Positions 9,463 through 22,178 of a stretch of 64,000 nucleotides of DNA are shown here, piece after piece. Source of the DNA: Planctomycetota bacterium (GTDB lineage: Bacteria > Planctomycetota > UBA8108 > SXIK01). The notes under the pieces are model-generated. The model did no database searches and was not told the origin of the DNA. It was given only the letters and a program-made list of their open reading frames with translations. How positions within the stretch are numbered: position 1 is the first letter of the stretch; every line of letters begins with the position of its first letter. The stretch spans positions 3,584,001 to 3,648,000 of the forward strand of contig OZ244999.1 in assembly GCA_965223265.1 (NCBI GenBank), in the 5' to 3' direction. Position numbers and translations under genes: made by a program.

Positions 9463-11394
9463 TCAAACGTCGCAGCGCCGAGCTGCGCAGGCATCGTCGG
9501 ATGCGGACTCGCAGGCGGGAAAGCTGCCTGGTGGAGGCCCACTGACGAAGAGGAAGCGGAGGAGAAAAATTGGGTCGGAGATGTCTATCTCACCATCGCT
9601 GTTGGTGTCGCACGCGGACGTGCACGCGGGAAGGTCCGCACCGCGAAAGAGGCCCTCGAGGATCAGCAACGCGTCCGACAAACGGGCGATGCCGTCGTTC
9701 AGGCAGTCACCGCGCAGAAACCGCGGATCGGTGTTCGGCAGGACCTCGAAATCGACCGCCGTGGCGTCTTGAGCTACACCGTCTGAGACCAGAAGCTCGA
9801 ACGAGTAGTCACCGGTCCGCGTCAGGCGGGCGATGGTCCGCGGCGCGGTCGGCTCAGTTAAAGTGACGCCTCCGGGTCCAGACGTCTGCCGCCACAGAAA
9901 GTCAAGCTGCTGCACTCCGCCGTCACCGTCGTCCGAACCGCTCGCATCGAGAAGCACCTCGGCCACGCCGCCAGCAAGGATGATCGGATCGTCACCGAAG
10001 TCAGTCTGCGCCACGGCTACCGGTGACGTGTTGACGAGCACAGGTTCGCTCGGGCCGTACGGTATCGCCGGGACAAGTCCCCAGTAGTCGAGCTCGATCG
10101 CATCGCCGGTCGTCGCTTCTCGCGGTAGATGGAGTTGCATGACTCCGACGTGTCTGTCCTCAGACCACTCTCCCTGCGTCGCGGCGTCCAGATCGAGGGA
10201 CCCGTCACTTCGCGCCTTGCCGGCGACGTCGATCAGCACGCTCTGCAAAGTGGACGCCCCGCCGTCGTCTCGAAAACCCGTGCTGTCGCGGTCGGCGAAC
10301 AAGTACTCGAACGTCCAAACATCCTCGCCCCCCTCACCGACCACGCTGCGCGCGACTTGGGCACGCCGAAAACCGAATGCGAGCCCCTGAAAGTCCGGGT
10401 CTAAATGACCGGCGAAAAGCGTCTCGAGGACCGGGCGAGGAGGGTCGTTCACGGTCGTGGCGAAAATGTCAAAATGGAGGGCGCCATTGGCCGCGACGAG
10501 ACCCGTGGCGTCCTGCACGGCAGTGAGACCCTGTTCATCGGCAGCAAACTCGAAGCGGTAATCCTCGCGCAAACGGATCCAGTCGACTTCGATGATAGCA
10601 TCTTCAAACCGCAAGTCGTCCTTCTGCAAGTCGTCGACGAAATCGAGTCGCAGCGCTGTGTTCACTTCACCGGCAGTCCAGAGCCCATCCTGAAGGTTTT
10701 GCTTGCCGTCGACAAACTGTGGTCCGGGAACGACGCTGAGCTCCTGGACGTTGAGGGGAACCAAGATCGTTTGGAATTCCTCCATGAGAGTCGGCAGCGA
10801 CACGATGTGGCGCGATTTGATCTGCGGCCACGGCGCGCCCCAAAAAATGCTCAGTCGATCGCGGTCAGTGGGGTTCTTGATGCGGATCTCGAGCACTTTG
10901 TAAAAATCTGCGGCGTACGTTGTGGTCGTCTCGATGTAAGGGTCAATGAACGAATCGCCGTTGAGATCGCCGATCTGCGCGCTCAACACACCGCCAGCGA
11001 TCGTGAGGCTCGCGTCGACGACGCGGTCGTTCCAGCCCTCGGGATCACCTGCGCGATCGAACTGCCAGCTGCGAGACAGAGTCGCGAAGTACGTGTCGCC
11101 GGTCATCACCTCGATGCCGCCGAACTCGAACCCGCCGCCAACGGCGCGGACAGAGCCGAGCGACGTGGCCTCTTGATCACCGCGCGAGCGGCGCCACAGC
11201 TCAACGTAGACGCCGAGCCGGTTCGGTGCTCCACGCCCCGTGACCGACTGGTTCGGCCCAACCGAGATCGGCTCGTCGATCACGAGCTGGGTGTCGTATG
11301 ACTTTGTTGGAATCTGTGCGTTGAGGCCTGACACCACAAGCAGGCAAACGCACGCGAGTCCCTGCGGTCCGAGAAGTGACGGTAGCGGCATCAC
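9463..11394 (-). CDS. Secreted protein with two putative beta-sandwich modules, a PKD-like domain and a C-terminal dockerin-like domain
   Basis: Signal peptide; NTSPVAVA...LDASGSDDGDG...FLWRQTSGP...GDYSFELLVSDG (PKD/Ig-like); RFLRGDCLNDG...ACDTNSDGEIDISDPIFLLRFLF. Confidence 0.8.
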   Translation of the reverse strand: MMPLPSLLGPQGLACVCLLVVSGLNAQIPTKSYDTQLVIDEPISVGPNQSVTGRGAPNRLGVYVELWRRSRGDQEATSLGSVRAVGGGFEFGGIEVMTGDTYFATLSRSWQFDRAGDPEGWNDRVVDASLTIAGGVLSAQIGDLNGDSFIDPYIETTTTYAADFYKVLEIRIKNPTDRDRLSIFWGAPWPQIKSRHIVSLPTLMEEFQTILVPLNVQELSVVPGPQFVDGKQNLQDGLWTAGEVNTALRLDFVDDLQKDDLRFEDAIIEVDWIRLREDYRFEFAADEQGLTAVQDATGLVAANGALHFDIFATTVNDPPRPVLETLFAGHLDPDFQGLAFGFRRAQVARSVVGEGGEDVWTFEYLFADRDSTGFRDDGGASTLQSVLIDVAGKARSDGSLDLDAATQGEWSEDRHVGVMQLHLPREATTGDAIELDYWGLVPAIPYGPSEPVLVNTSPVAVAQTDFGDDPIILAGGVAEVLLDASGSDDGDGGVQQLDFLWRQTSGPGGVTLTEPTAPRTIARLTRTGDYSFELLVSDGVAQDATAVDFEVLPNTDPRFLRGDCLNDGIARLSDALLILEGLFRGADLPACTSACDTNSDGEIDISDPIFLLRFLFVSGPPPGSFPACESASDDACAARRCDV

Positions 11395-11769
11395 GTAACT
11401 CCTGAATCCGGCCGAGTGCGGGAGCTGTCAGCACGTTTATCGGCAAGTCGTTCCCGGAACTTGAGTGAGGGCTTGCCCTGTTAGTAAGACGTTAGGTCAT
11501 GCTGTTCGGTAGGGGAGGCCCAGGCCGGAGACCTAAGACGTTCACAGCGCAGTGGGCGCACCATGAAACGAATCGGGCGCATCGACGTCTATTCTTACGC
11601 AGGAGAGCCGCGACTTGGCCGACGGAGTGATTCAGCGGCGTGATCGTCTCAGACGACGCAGTCCCGGTCAGGCGACGCAAGATCGGGCGAAAGCGCCGTT
11701 TGACGAGCCGTTTTGCAAGCGGCGCACGCTCCACCCTTCACTTTTGGCAGTTCATTGAGGAGGACGGAC

Positions 11770-12471
11770 ATGGGAAGGTACGCACTGAAGGATTTTCTCG
11801 CCGCGACACAACAGCGCGATCGCGATCAGGGGCACTTTGAGCTCGAGAGCGAGCGCATCCTAGAGGTCAACCTCGCTGGGTCAGTGTGGACCAAAAGCGG
11901 CTCAATGATCGCATACTCCGGAGACATCGCCTTCACGCGGGAAGGGATCCTCGAGCACGGCCTTGGAAAGCTGTTCAAGAAGGCACTCACTGGCGAGGGG
12001 GCACGGCTCACCAAGGCAGACGGGCACGGCAAGCTCTACCTCGCCGATGTAGGGAAAAAAATCTCGATCTTGGAGTTGAGCGGCGAAGCCGTCTATGTCA
12101 ACGGCAACGACCTTCTCGCATTCGAGGAGACTCTCGAGTGGAACGTCGAAATGATGAAGAAGATCTCCGCCATGCTCGCGGGGGGACTGTTCAACCTGCG
12201 CATTCAAGGCAGCGGTCTCCTCGCCTTCACGACTCACTACGAACCGCTGACCCTGGCCGTGCGTCCCGGGCAACCAGTGTTCACGGATCCCAACGCCACG
12301 GTGGCGTGGGCGTCATCCTTGAAGCCGGAGTTCAAGACCGACGTATCGCTGAAATCGTTCTTCGGTCGAGGTAGCGGCGAAAGCTTCCAAATGAAGTTCG
12401 ACGGGACAGGCTTCGTCGTCGTACAGCCATTCGAGGAAGTTGCGTTCCAGGGCGAGAAGTCGAATGGCTAG
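11770..12471 (+). CDS. AIM24 family protein
   Basis: VWTKSGSMIAYSG, ALTGEG, GGLFN, TDPNATVAW, GRGSGESFQMKFDGTGFVVVQPFE; GAGGAGG SD before ATG 11770. Confidence 0.9.
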   Translation: MGRYALKDFLAATQQRDRDQGHFELESERILEVNLAGSVWTKSGSMIAYSGDIAFTREGILEHGLGKLFKKALTGEGARLTKADGHGKLYLADVGKKISILELSGEAVYVNGNDLLAFEETLEWNVEMMKKISAMLAGGLFNLRIQGSGLLAFTTHYEPLTLAVRPGQPVFTDPNATVAWASSLKPEFKTDVSLKSFFGRGSGESFQMKFDGTGFVVVQPFEEVAFQGEKSNG

Positions 12472-12531
12472 TCCTGCGCTTGACGCCCAGCACACAGCCA
12501 CCGCCGCTATCGGCCTTCCGGGCGCGAATGG

Positions 12532-13146
12532 TTAGCGAGTTCCCGCTGACAGAATCGCCAGCGCCCGTTGGCGTACGGATGGGTAGGAATAGATGGCGTG
12601 CTGCTCAGCTGGCGGCAGCGACAGCTGCACGAGGAGCAGATCACTCAGGAGGCTGATTGATAGATCGTCCGGCAATTCAACCGGCGCATCGTTGAGATGA
12701 CTGAGCGCGCGAAGGAGTTCTGGTCGCAGCTTTGCTTCCTCTTCCTTTGAACACGCCGACTCCTGCACCAGCTTCGCGTTCACGAGTCGGTACGGAGAGC
12801 GACTCGGAATCTCTTCGATGAAGACGCGGGCGAAGCCACGCAGGAGAAGGTTGTAACGCCCATCCTCCAATCTTCGATACTTCTCGATCCGCCCAATACC
12901 AGCGACCGGAGCGACCGGCGGTGCCCCTAAAAGGTCCTGCGGCGAAGCGCCCAGCACAGTTCCAAGAACGATGTCGCCGGAACCATCCAACACATCTTCG
13001 ATCATCGCGATGTAACGTGGTTCAAAAATGTGCAGTGCTTGAAGGAGTCCCGGAAAGAGCATCACGTCAGGCAGAGGAAAAAGAGGAACGATGCGTTCGT
13101 CTTCGTTCTTGGGTGGATCTGCAAGGTCTCTGCTGTTCGCTTCCAT
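12532..13146 (-). CDS. LON peptidase substrate-binding (N-terminal) domain protein
   Basis: VPLFPLPDVMLFPG..QALHIFEPRYIAMIEDVL and DGRYNLLLRG motifs; no ATPase or protease domain. Confidence 0.88.
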   Translation of the reverse strand: MEANSRDLADPPKNEDERIVPLFPLPDVMLFPGLLQALHIFEPRYIAMIEDVLDGSGDIVLGTVLGASPQDLLGAPPVAPVAGIGRIEKYRRLEDGRYNLLLRGFARVFIEEIPSRSPYRLVNAKLVQESACSKEEEAKLRPELLRALSHLNDAPVELPDDLSISLLSDLLLVQLSLPPAEQHAIYSYPSVRQRALAILSAGTR

Positions 13147-13493
13147 CGATCGTGCCGCGTCAACTCCTTCGTTCGCGCCATGCAGTCGCACAGTCGCACA
13201 GTCACATACACAAATCACACAGCCGCACATAGGGGGCTGCGTGCATTCCGCTGCCAGCGGGTCCTTCCCATCATGTCGACGGGAGAGAGAAAAGCAAGGT
13301 CATCCCAAAGGCACGTCAAGAACGACAAAACGGAGTCAGGGAAATGGCGGGGAAAACAAAAACAGGTCACCCCCAAGCACTCTGTGCGGCGACTTCGAGG
13401 CGTTCAAAGGAGTGCGCAAAAGCGACCGACTCCGGTGCTGATCTGAGCCGCATGACTTGACCGCTCGCGCGACACCCAGTAACTTCTGTCTAC

Positions 13494-16400
13494 ATGAAAC
13501 GCTGTCGGCTGAATCAACTCTTTGAGCGGTTTGTGTTCGTGCGATCGGCCGGCCTCGAACGCCGAATGCAGCGCCGAGCGGCGTCGATGTTGACGCTGTT
13601 CGTTAGTTTCTCGCTCGCCGTGAACATACCCCAAGGGAGACACGACGCCTTGGCTCTTGCCGCCGACGTGTCGCCCACAGACGATCCGCGCGTTGACTTC
13701 GGCCGCGATGTGAGGCCGATTTTCAAGCGCCGTTGCTATCGCTGTCACGGCAGTAAGAAGCAGCAAGCGGGCCTACGGCTCGACGACCGTGAGGCGACGT
13801 TCGCCGGCGGTGATTCCGGGCCTGCGCTGGTACCAGGCGACGCCGCTGCGAGCGACCTCATCGCTCGCGTCTCCTCCGCCGATCCCGAACTGCGCATGCC
13901 TCCCAAAGGCCCGCGGCTGTCTTCCCAGGAGATCAAGCTGCTGCGCAAGTGGATCGACCAAGGCGCGCGCTGGCCGCAGGATCAGGCGACCAGCGCACGC
14001 TCCTCATCAGAGCACTGGGCATACCAACCTCTGCGGCCCGCCGCTCCACCGGCAGTAACCCAAGACGAGTGGGTGGTGCAGCCGCTCGATCGTTTCATCC
14101 TCGCGCGCCTTGAGTCGGCCAAGCTTTCGCCCTCGGCATCGGCGGACCGGGCAACGCTGATTCGCCGTGCCACGCTTGACGTCACCGGTCTGCTACCGAC
14201 TGTCGACCAGGTGGAAACGTTTGTCGCCGATCCACGCCCGGACGTTTACGGGCGCTTGGTCGACCGTCTACTGGAGTCACCACACTACGGAGAGCGCTGG
14301 GGAGCCCACTGGCTTGATGTCGCGCGCTACGCAGACTCCAACGGCTTCACCATCGACAGCTCCCGGTCGATTTGGAAATACCGCGACTGGGTGATCGACG
14401 CGCTGAACAGGGATTTGCCTTTTGATCAATTCACCATCGAGCAGATCGCGGGTGACTTGTTGGAGAATCCTTCGGTCGAGCAGATCGTCGCCACAGGGTT
14501 TCATCGAAACACGTTGATCAACGAAGAAGGGGGGACGGACGACGAGCAGTTTCGAGTCGAGTCCATCGTCGACCGCGTCAATACGACGGGCGCCGTTTGG
14601 CTTGGCCTCACCGTCGGCTGCGCGCAGTGTCATAGCCACAAGTACGATCAACTCACGCAGCGCGAGTACTATCAACTGTATGCGTTCTTCAACAATGCCG
14701 ATGAACCGACGATCCGCGTCGTTCCGCAGCCCAGGCTAGCAGAGCGAAAACAGCTGGAAGCCGCTGTCGGAGAGGCCGAAGAAGCGCTCGCAGCATATGA
14801 CCGAGCACTGGGCAAAAACCTCAGCGAATGGGAAGCTCAGTTCAAGGGAAAGCTGCCCCTCGCTTGGTCGATCGTGCAGAGCGAGGCCGCCCACTCGGCC
14901 GCCGGCGCGTCGTTGGAGACCCTCAGCGACGGGTCGCTGCTCGCCGGTGGCACACTCGCCGCGAAAGACACCTATACGATCAGCGCACGCACAAATCTGC
15001 GTCAAATCTCTGCGCTTCGCGTCGAGGTTCTCAAAGACGAAACACTTCCCGCGGGGGGACCGGGCCGGGCGCACCATGGCAATTTCATGCTCACGGAGAT
15101 CGAGCTGGAGATCGGCGGCAAAGCCGTCAGTTGGCAGAGAGCCTATGCCGACGACGAGATGCGAGGACGTGACGCCAAAGCGGCAATCGACGGCAAGCCA
15201 GACAGCGGTTGGTCCCTCGACCTTTCCGAGGGTCGCCTACCTGAGGCAAGCCAGGGTGGATTCGTCATCGCAGGCGGACCGGTCTCTGCCCCCGAAGGGG
15301 GCCAGTTGACTATTCGTCTGCGGCAGGAAGGCTTACCGAAGCAGCTCCTCGGACGCTTTCGCCTCAGCGTCAGCGATGGCGACTCGCTTGCCGTCGGCGC
15401 GACGTTCGCAGTACAGCGTGCGCTTGCGGTCGACGCCGATTCCCGCAGCGATTACGAGAGAGAAGTGCTTCGTGCTGCACAGCGAGAAAGTGATCCGAGC
15501 CGAGCTGCGCCTGTCAAAACAGTCAATGCGGCGAAAAAGGAGCTCGACACTTTTCTTGCCGCGTTTCCGAACTCGATGGTGATGCGAGAGCGTCGCGAGC
15601 CGCGTCAAACGCACATTCACATCCGTGGAAACTTTCTCCGCAAGGGAGATCAGGTATCACCGGGGGTTCCCGGAGTCTTGCCGCCGCTCGAGCAGAGTGG
15701 GCGACCGCTCAACCGCCTCGACCTGGCACGCTGGCTCGTCCGTACGGACCAACCTCTGACCGCGCGCGTCATCGTCAATCGTATTTGGCAGCGCTATTTC
15801 GGCATTGGTTTGGTGGAGACCGAGAACGATTTTGGTGTCCAAGGCACTCCTCCTTCGCATCCAGCCCTCCTTGATTGGCTGGCGGGCGAGTTCATGCGCG
15901 GCGGGTGGAGTCTGAAGCGGTTTCACCGCATGATTCTGACCTCGGCGACCTACCGCCAGAGCTCTCACGCGCGCCCGGACGCTGCTGCTCTCGACCCAAA
16001 GAATCTCCTGCTGGCTCGCCAAAACCGCATCCGACTCGACGCAGAAGTCATCCGCGACGCAGTCCTCAGTGCCAGCGGGCTGCTTGTGCAGCAGATCGGG
16101 GGCGCTGGCGTCTACCCGCCGCAGCCAAGTGGCATCTACAAGTTCACACAGAACGACAAGAAGTGGCGCGATAGTACAGGTCGCGACCGCTACCGCCGCG
16201 GTATGTACACGTTCTACTGGCGTTCAAGCCCGCATCCTTTTCTTACAACATTCGACAAACCGAAGCGAGTGCTGACATGCACCCGGCGTGTACGGTCGAA
16301 CACTCCTCTTCAGGCTCTGACGCTAGCGAATGATCGAGGTATCTTCGAAGTCGTTCGTGCGATGGGTCGACGGATTCTCGAAGAAACGCCAACAGCGACG

Positions 16401-16675
16401 ACGGAAGAGCGGATTGCTTACGCGTTTCGCATCTGCACAGGCCGCATCGCAAAGCCTGAAGAGCTCCAGAGCTTGCAGCGGTTTTGGTCAACGCAGCGGG
16501 CAGAGTTCGAACACGACCTCGAGGCGGCGTCGCGGGTGATCGGCGCTGCGGTGGAAGCTCCAGCAGATTCGACGCCGTCACGAGACAGGAGCGCGCCGAG
16601 CGAGGCGGCAGAACTCGCCGCGTGGACGAGTTTGGCTCGGGTGTTAGTGAACTTGGACGAGTTCATTACGAGGGA

Positions 16676-16679
<4 letters not shown>
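13494..16679 (+). CDS. Planctomycete cytochrome c + DUF1549 + DUF1553 protein with a central discoidin-like insert
   Basis: VDFGRDVRPIFKRRCYRCHG; YGERWGAHWLDVARYADSNG; GCAQCHSHKYD; PSHPALLDWLA; SNTPLQALTL. True start may be later (about 13566). Confidence 0.92.
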
Positions 16680-18169
<1,490 letters not shown>

Positions 18170-18326
18170 GCGTCGCTTCTTCCCGGCCGCGACAGCTCCG
18201 CATATCCGCGACAGCGCGGTACAACGTACTCTGTCGTTAGCTCCCAGGCAGGCGTGACCGGAACCCAGCAATGCTTCGAACCGGTTCGCAACGGTTCATG
18301 CACAAGAACAATTGAGGAAAAAAACC

Positions 18327-18563
18327 ATGGCTCAACGCAAGAAGCGCCGCAAGCGAGACATCGAAAAGAACTATCCGCGCCGTCAATTCATCGCTAAGCT
18401 CCGTCGTTTGGCCGACTGCCTCGAAAACGACAGTCGATTCCGCATCCAGATCGCGGGCGAGCGCGTCTCGATTCCACCCGACGCGGAAATCAACATCGAG
18501 CACGAACGCACCGCGACCGAGGAGGAGATCGAGCTGCAGCTCAAGTGGCGACTGGACGAGTGA
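18327..18563 (+). CDS. Amphi-Trp domain protein
   Basis: RDIEKNYPRRQFIAKLRRLAD...IEHER...EEEIELQLKW; small protein with a near-terminal Trp; GAGGA SD. Confidence 0.8.
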   Translation: MAQRKKRRKRDIEKNYPRRQFIAKLRRLADCLENDSRFRIQIAGERVSIPPDAEINIEHERTATEEEIELQLKWRLDE

Positions 18564-18605
18564 CGAGTACGGCTTGACCCGTGCTCCGAGATCGAACGAA
18601 ACGGT

Positions 18606-21122
18606 CTAACGTCGGTTCAGAAACGTCGATAACGTTCGGCGGAGAGCCGTTACGACATCCATGCGTCCGTCTCGATCGAGATCGATCAGAGCGAACACCG
18701 GAGCTACGCCGGTAACTCCTTCAGCCGGGAAAGCGAAGGATTGAGCATCCTCGAAGTCACCGAAACCAGTCCCGCGTGACAGCGTCAAATTCTTGTCGAA
18801 CGCCAGATCCCCGAATTGGAGGAAGTCCAGAGCACCGTCTGCGTCGACGTCCAGGAACTTCGTGTCGACTAGGGATTTCTTCACCGGGCTGCCGGTGGTG
18901 ATCCTCGAATAGTTGAAGTCTCTCTCGCCGAGTAGAGTGATCAGCGAACCGTCTCTGCCGTAGGCGATGTCGATCATTTCGTCGTTGTTTAGATCCACGC
19001 CCCCAAAAAACTGCGTGATTCTTTCGACTCGTACAAAAGTGAGGCGAGGAAAGTCGCCCGGGCCATCCGACCGAAAGATATGAAGGTGCCCGGAAGCGAG
19101 AATCAGCAACTCGTCCTGCCCCTGGCCATCGAGGTCTGACACGACGACGCCACCGATGTGAGCATTCGTGGAAATTGGGAGAGAGAGTGCTTGTACGGTG
19201 AGTGTTCCGTCACCTGCACCAAACAGGATCCACACCTGCTTCGCAGATGCCACGACGATATCCGTGAACGTGTCAGAATCGACATCACCGGCTACAGCAA
19301 GTCCTGGCTCGGGTTGGCGATCCGACACAAGAGCGAGCGTCGACCCGGCGGCTATCGTGCCGTCTCCCGAATTGAACAAAGTAGTGATTCCGGTCTCACC
19401 CACGACAACCAAGTCGGGACTCGAATCTTGATCGACGTCAGCGACGACAAACTTCTTGGGATGGTCATCCACCGCCAAGTCCTGGCTAGAAGAGAGATTG
19501 CCGTCACCTAAACTAAAAAACGTTCGAACCGACAAATTCGTCATGAGCACTAAATCGTCGAGTCCATCCCCGTCAAGGTCAACGGCCTCCAACTGCCGCG
19601 CGTAAGATCTGGGCTTGAAAGCGTCAAAGCGTTGATAGCTCCACGCAGGGTCGGCCACGGGTCCGAAGTCGATCGAGAACCCTCCACCTGCGTTGCCGAC
19701 GAGGTCCATATGGCCATCACCGTCGATGTCGACGACGGTGCCGGAACCGGTCACTGGACTGCGGCGGACAGGAAAGAATTCTCTCGGCCCGATCCGACTC
19801 AAGATGACACCGTCGTCGCCGAGTGTGACCAGTTCCTTCTGACCGTCTCCATCCATATCGACGGCGAACAATTGATCAAAATTGTCCGCAAATGTGGCTT
19901 CCTGATAGAGTCCCATGAATTCAAACTCCTCGTCCCTGCCGCCAACGAGCGCGCCCACGCTGCCCTCTTCGCTGAGAAGGACAATGTCAAGAACTCCGTC
20001 GCCGTCGATGTCTTCAGCCACCGACGCCAGAAACGATCCAGTCGGAATCTCGACGAGGTACATGGAACCCGCACCATCGTTGAAAAAAAGGAGTACGGCA
20101 CGGTCAACCACGAAGCTGATGTCGGTGCGTTCGTCGCCGTTGAAGTCAGCCGCGACGAGTCGGTCGCTCCCAATCTCTGGTGCAATGGCGCGCTCTTTCG
20201 TCGTTTTGAACACCAACGCCGGGCCGAACCCACCGGCGCCGTCACCGTTGACGACTACGACACCTTCCAAACGACCGACTTTCGAAGCAAAAACGAGGTC
20301 GAGATGGCCGTCATCGTTGATGTCAGCGGCAATTCCGGTTTTGAGTCTCCCCACGTCGTCAACGTCAAGCGGGTGAAAGTCGCCGGGACGAAAACCTCCG
20401 CTCTCGGGATCACGGCCATCGTTAAAAAAGATACGAAATCCGTTCTGAGACTCTCCCTCGATCTCTTCCGAGACCGAGACCAATTCGGATCGGTCGTCAC
20501 CATCGAGATCAGCGACAAAGAGCTGCCCTCGATTCATGACGATCCGCGGTTCGCTGAACACACCGCGTCCTTCTCCTAGGTAGACGGCGAAACGAAGAGA
20601 AGGGTCGTTGCGCACAACATCGATGCGACCGTCGCCGTTGAAGTCGCCTGTCATGATCGTCCTTGCGGAGATAGACGATCCAATGATCGGCATCGGCAGC
20701 AAGCTGTCTGCAGCAGGCAATTCTGGACACGCGAACGCGGCGTCACTTGGGCGATACTCGACGCAGTCGAGACCGTCCCCGCTCGCGGTGTCGCGACCGC
20801 ATTGCGTGATTCCCGGCGCCGGCAACTCTGGGCCACTGGCGAAAAGATGCCGCAGCAGAAAGATGGCATCGGAAAGGTCGAGATGACCGCTGTCATCGGC
20901 ATCGAGCGCGTCTCGACACGGCACGTCGCCCATGCCCAGAAACAGCGCACTCAGAATGCGCACGCCGTCGGCAAGGTCGACAATGCCGTCGACGTTGGCG
21001 TCGCCGCGGCGAAACGGCTCTTGAGTGAACGCGAACTCCGGGCTGCCGAGAAGGACCAAGGCCACTATTGGCACTACAGCAAAGCGCCTGCGGTTCACGG
21101 CGCTGAAAGTCTGAATGCGCAT
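18606..21122 (-). CDS. Secreted FG-GAP/VCBS-repeat protein with an N-terminal dockerin-like domain
   Basis: Signal peptide; FRRGDANVDG...LDADDSGHLDLSDAIFLLRHLF; more than ten D.DGDG..D repeats; GGAGG SD before ATG 21122. Confidence 0.88.
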   Translation of the reverse strand: MRIQTFSAVNRRRFAVVPIVALVLLGSPEFAFTQEPFRRGDANVDGIVDLADGVRILSALFLGMGDVPCRDALDADDSGHLDLSDAIFLLRHLFASGPELPAPGITQCGRDTASGDGLDCVEYRPSDAAFACPELPAADSLLPMPIIGSSISARTIMTGDFNGDGRIDVVRNDPSLRFAVYLGEGRGVFSEPRIVMNRGQLFVADLDGDDRSELVSVSEEIEGESQNGFRIFFNDGRDPESGGFRPGDFHPLDVDDVGRLKTGIAADINDDGHLDLVFASKVGRLEGVVVVNGDGAGGFGPALVFKTTKERAIAPEIGSDRLVAADFNGDERTDISFVVDRAVLLFFNDGAGSMYLVEIPTGSFLASVAEDIDGDGVLDIVLLSEEGSVGALVGGRDEEFEFMGLYQEATFADNFDQLFAVDMDGDGQKELVTLGDDGVILSRIGPREFFPVRRSPVTGSGTVVDIDGDGHMDLVGNAGGGFSIDFGPVADPAWSYQRFDAFKPRSYARQLEAVDLDGDGLDDLVLMTNLSVRTFFSLGDGNLSSSQDLAVDDHPKKFVVADVDQDSSPDLVVVGETGITTLFNSGDGTIAAGSTLALVSDRQPEPGLAVAGDVDSDTFTDIVVASAKQVWILFGAGDGTLTVQALSLPISTNAHIGGVVVSDLDGQGQDELLILASGHLHIFRSDGPGDFPRLTFVRVERITQFFGGVDLNNDEMIDIAYGRDGSLITLLGERDFNYSRITTGSPVKKSLVDTKFLDVDADGALDFLQFGDLAFDKNLTLSRGTGFGDFEDAQSFAFPAEGVTGVAPVFALIDLDRDGRMDVVTALRRTLSTFLNRR

Positions 21123-21222
21123 GGAAACCTCCATTTCTCCGGAAAAGTCTCGACCGCTTCACGCGAAGAGCTCAGCGAAGACGCGAAGGATCGAACGTGC
21201 ACCCTTTTCTCCAATCTCAAGG

Positions 21223-21345
21223 TTATTCCGTCCTTTGGCGTCGGTTGATGAACGTCGCGATCGACTCTCTCTCAAGGGCCGTGATGACGTCGATCTGGCC
21301 GTTTCCATCCAGATCTCCGAGAGCCATCGCTGGACGAAGAGTGAA
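21223..21345 (-). pseudogene. Orphan C-terminal fragment of an FG-GAP paralogue
   Basis: RPAMALGDLDGNGQIDVITALERESIATFINRR closely resembles the C-terminus of the adjacent gene, APVFALIDLDRDGRMDVVTALRRTLSTFLNRR. Confidence 0.65.
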
Positions 21346-21607
21346 CACACGCGCACCGCACAACCAACCGCCGTAGCAGCCGTGCCGGCGCCGCAAAAGC
21401 TCTAGATTGCGGGAAGATCCGAGCAGCTCCATGAGCGCTCCTTCCCCACACCAATCCAACCGCCCTCTCGCCTACCCGAGCGAAGGAAATTCCGTTAACA
21501 CTCAGGGTAGACCTACACCGTGCTCGCACCAAGAACAAACTGGCGCGGATTTTTCCGGCAGCGCGTCTGCGTGGCCACGCGCGCGTCGCCTTGCTGGCGC
21601 TCCCTTT

Positions 21608-22162
21608 TTAGATAAATAGCGACACGCCCGACTGTTGCGCATCGGCGAGGCAGGCCGTCGCACCACCGAACTCGACGCCGCCCCTCAGCTCGTCGGCAGC
21701 GATCCCCATCAGTTCCATCGACGTCTGACAGGCGACGAAGCGAACGCCCATCTGCTGACACAGCTCGATGAGCTCCGGCAAACCTTGCACGTTGCGCCTC
21801 TTCATGAGCGTTTTGAAGAACGCCGGCCCAATGCCGCCCATGTTCATCTTCGAAGTGCCAAGCCGGTGCGGCCCCGACGGCAGCATGAGCGCGAGAGCTT
21901 TCTCCAGAAAGGACTTCTTCCTCAGGGACCTGCCTTTTCTCAGGACAGAGAGACCCCAAAAGGTGAAGAAGACGCTCACCCGAGAACCCGACGCTGCAGC
22001 AGAAAGCGCCAAGGTGAAGGCGGCCATAGCGCGGTCGAAGTCGCCGCTGAAGAGAACGAGCGTGACCGGCTCCGGCGTCTTGTGGGACGAACCGGAGGTG
22101 GAACCGGGATCTGTGTCTGCTTTTGTTCTCGTCGCTTCACAAGCGTCCGTGGGATGTGACAT
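21608..22162 (-). CDS. DsrE/DsrF/DrsH-like (DsrE2/YrkE-type) protein
   Basis: LVLFSGDFDRAMAAF, VFFTFWGL, SKMNMGGIG, FVACQTSMELMGI and terminal SLFI. Confidence 0.9.
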   Translation of the reverse strand: MSHPTDACEATRTKADTDPGSTSGSSHKTPEPVTLVLFSGDFDRAMAAFTLALSAAASGSRVSVFFTFWGLSVLRKGRSLRKKSFLEKALALMLPSGPHRLGTSKMNMGGIGPAFFKTLMKRRNVQGLPELIELCQQMGVRFVACQTSMELMGIAADELRGGVEFGGATACLADAQQSGVSLFI

Positions 22163-22178
22163 GAGTCTCCGTTGTCGT

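Noticed and set aside
13183-13230. CAGTCGCA-like short tandem repeats and the MCGCVICVCDC N-terminal extension of the LON-domain ORF
   Set aside because: Low-complexity CA-rich tract; the Cys-rich extension is an artefact, and the start was set at 13146.
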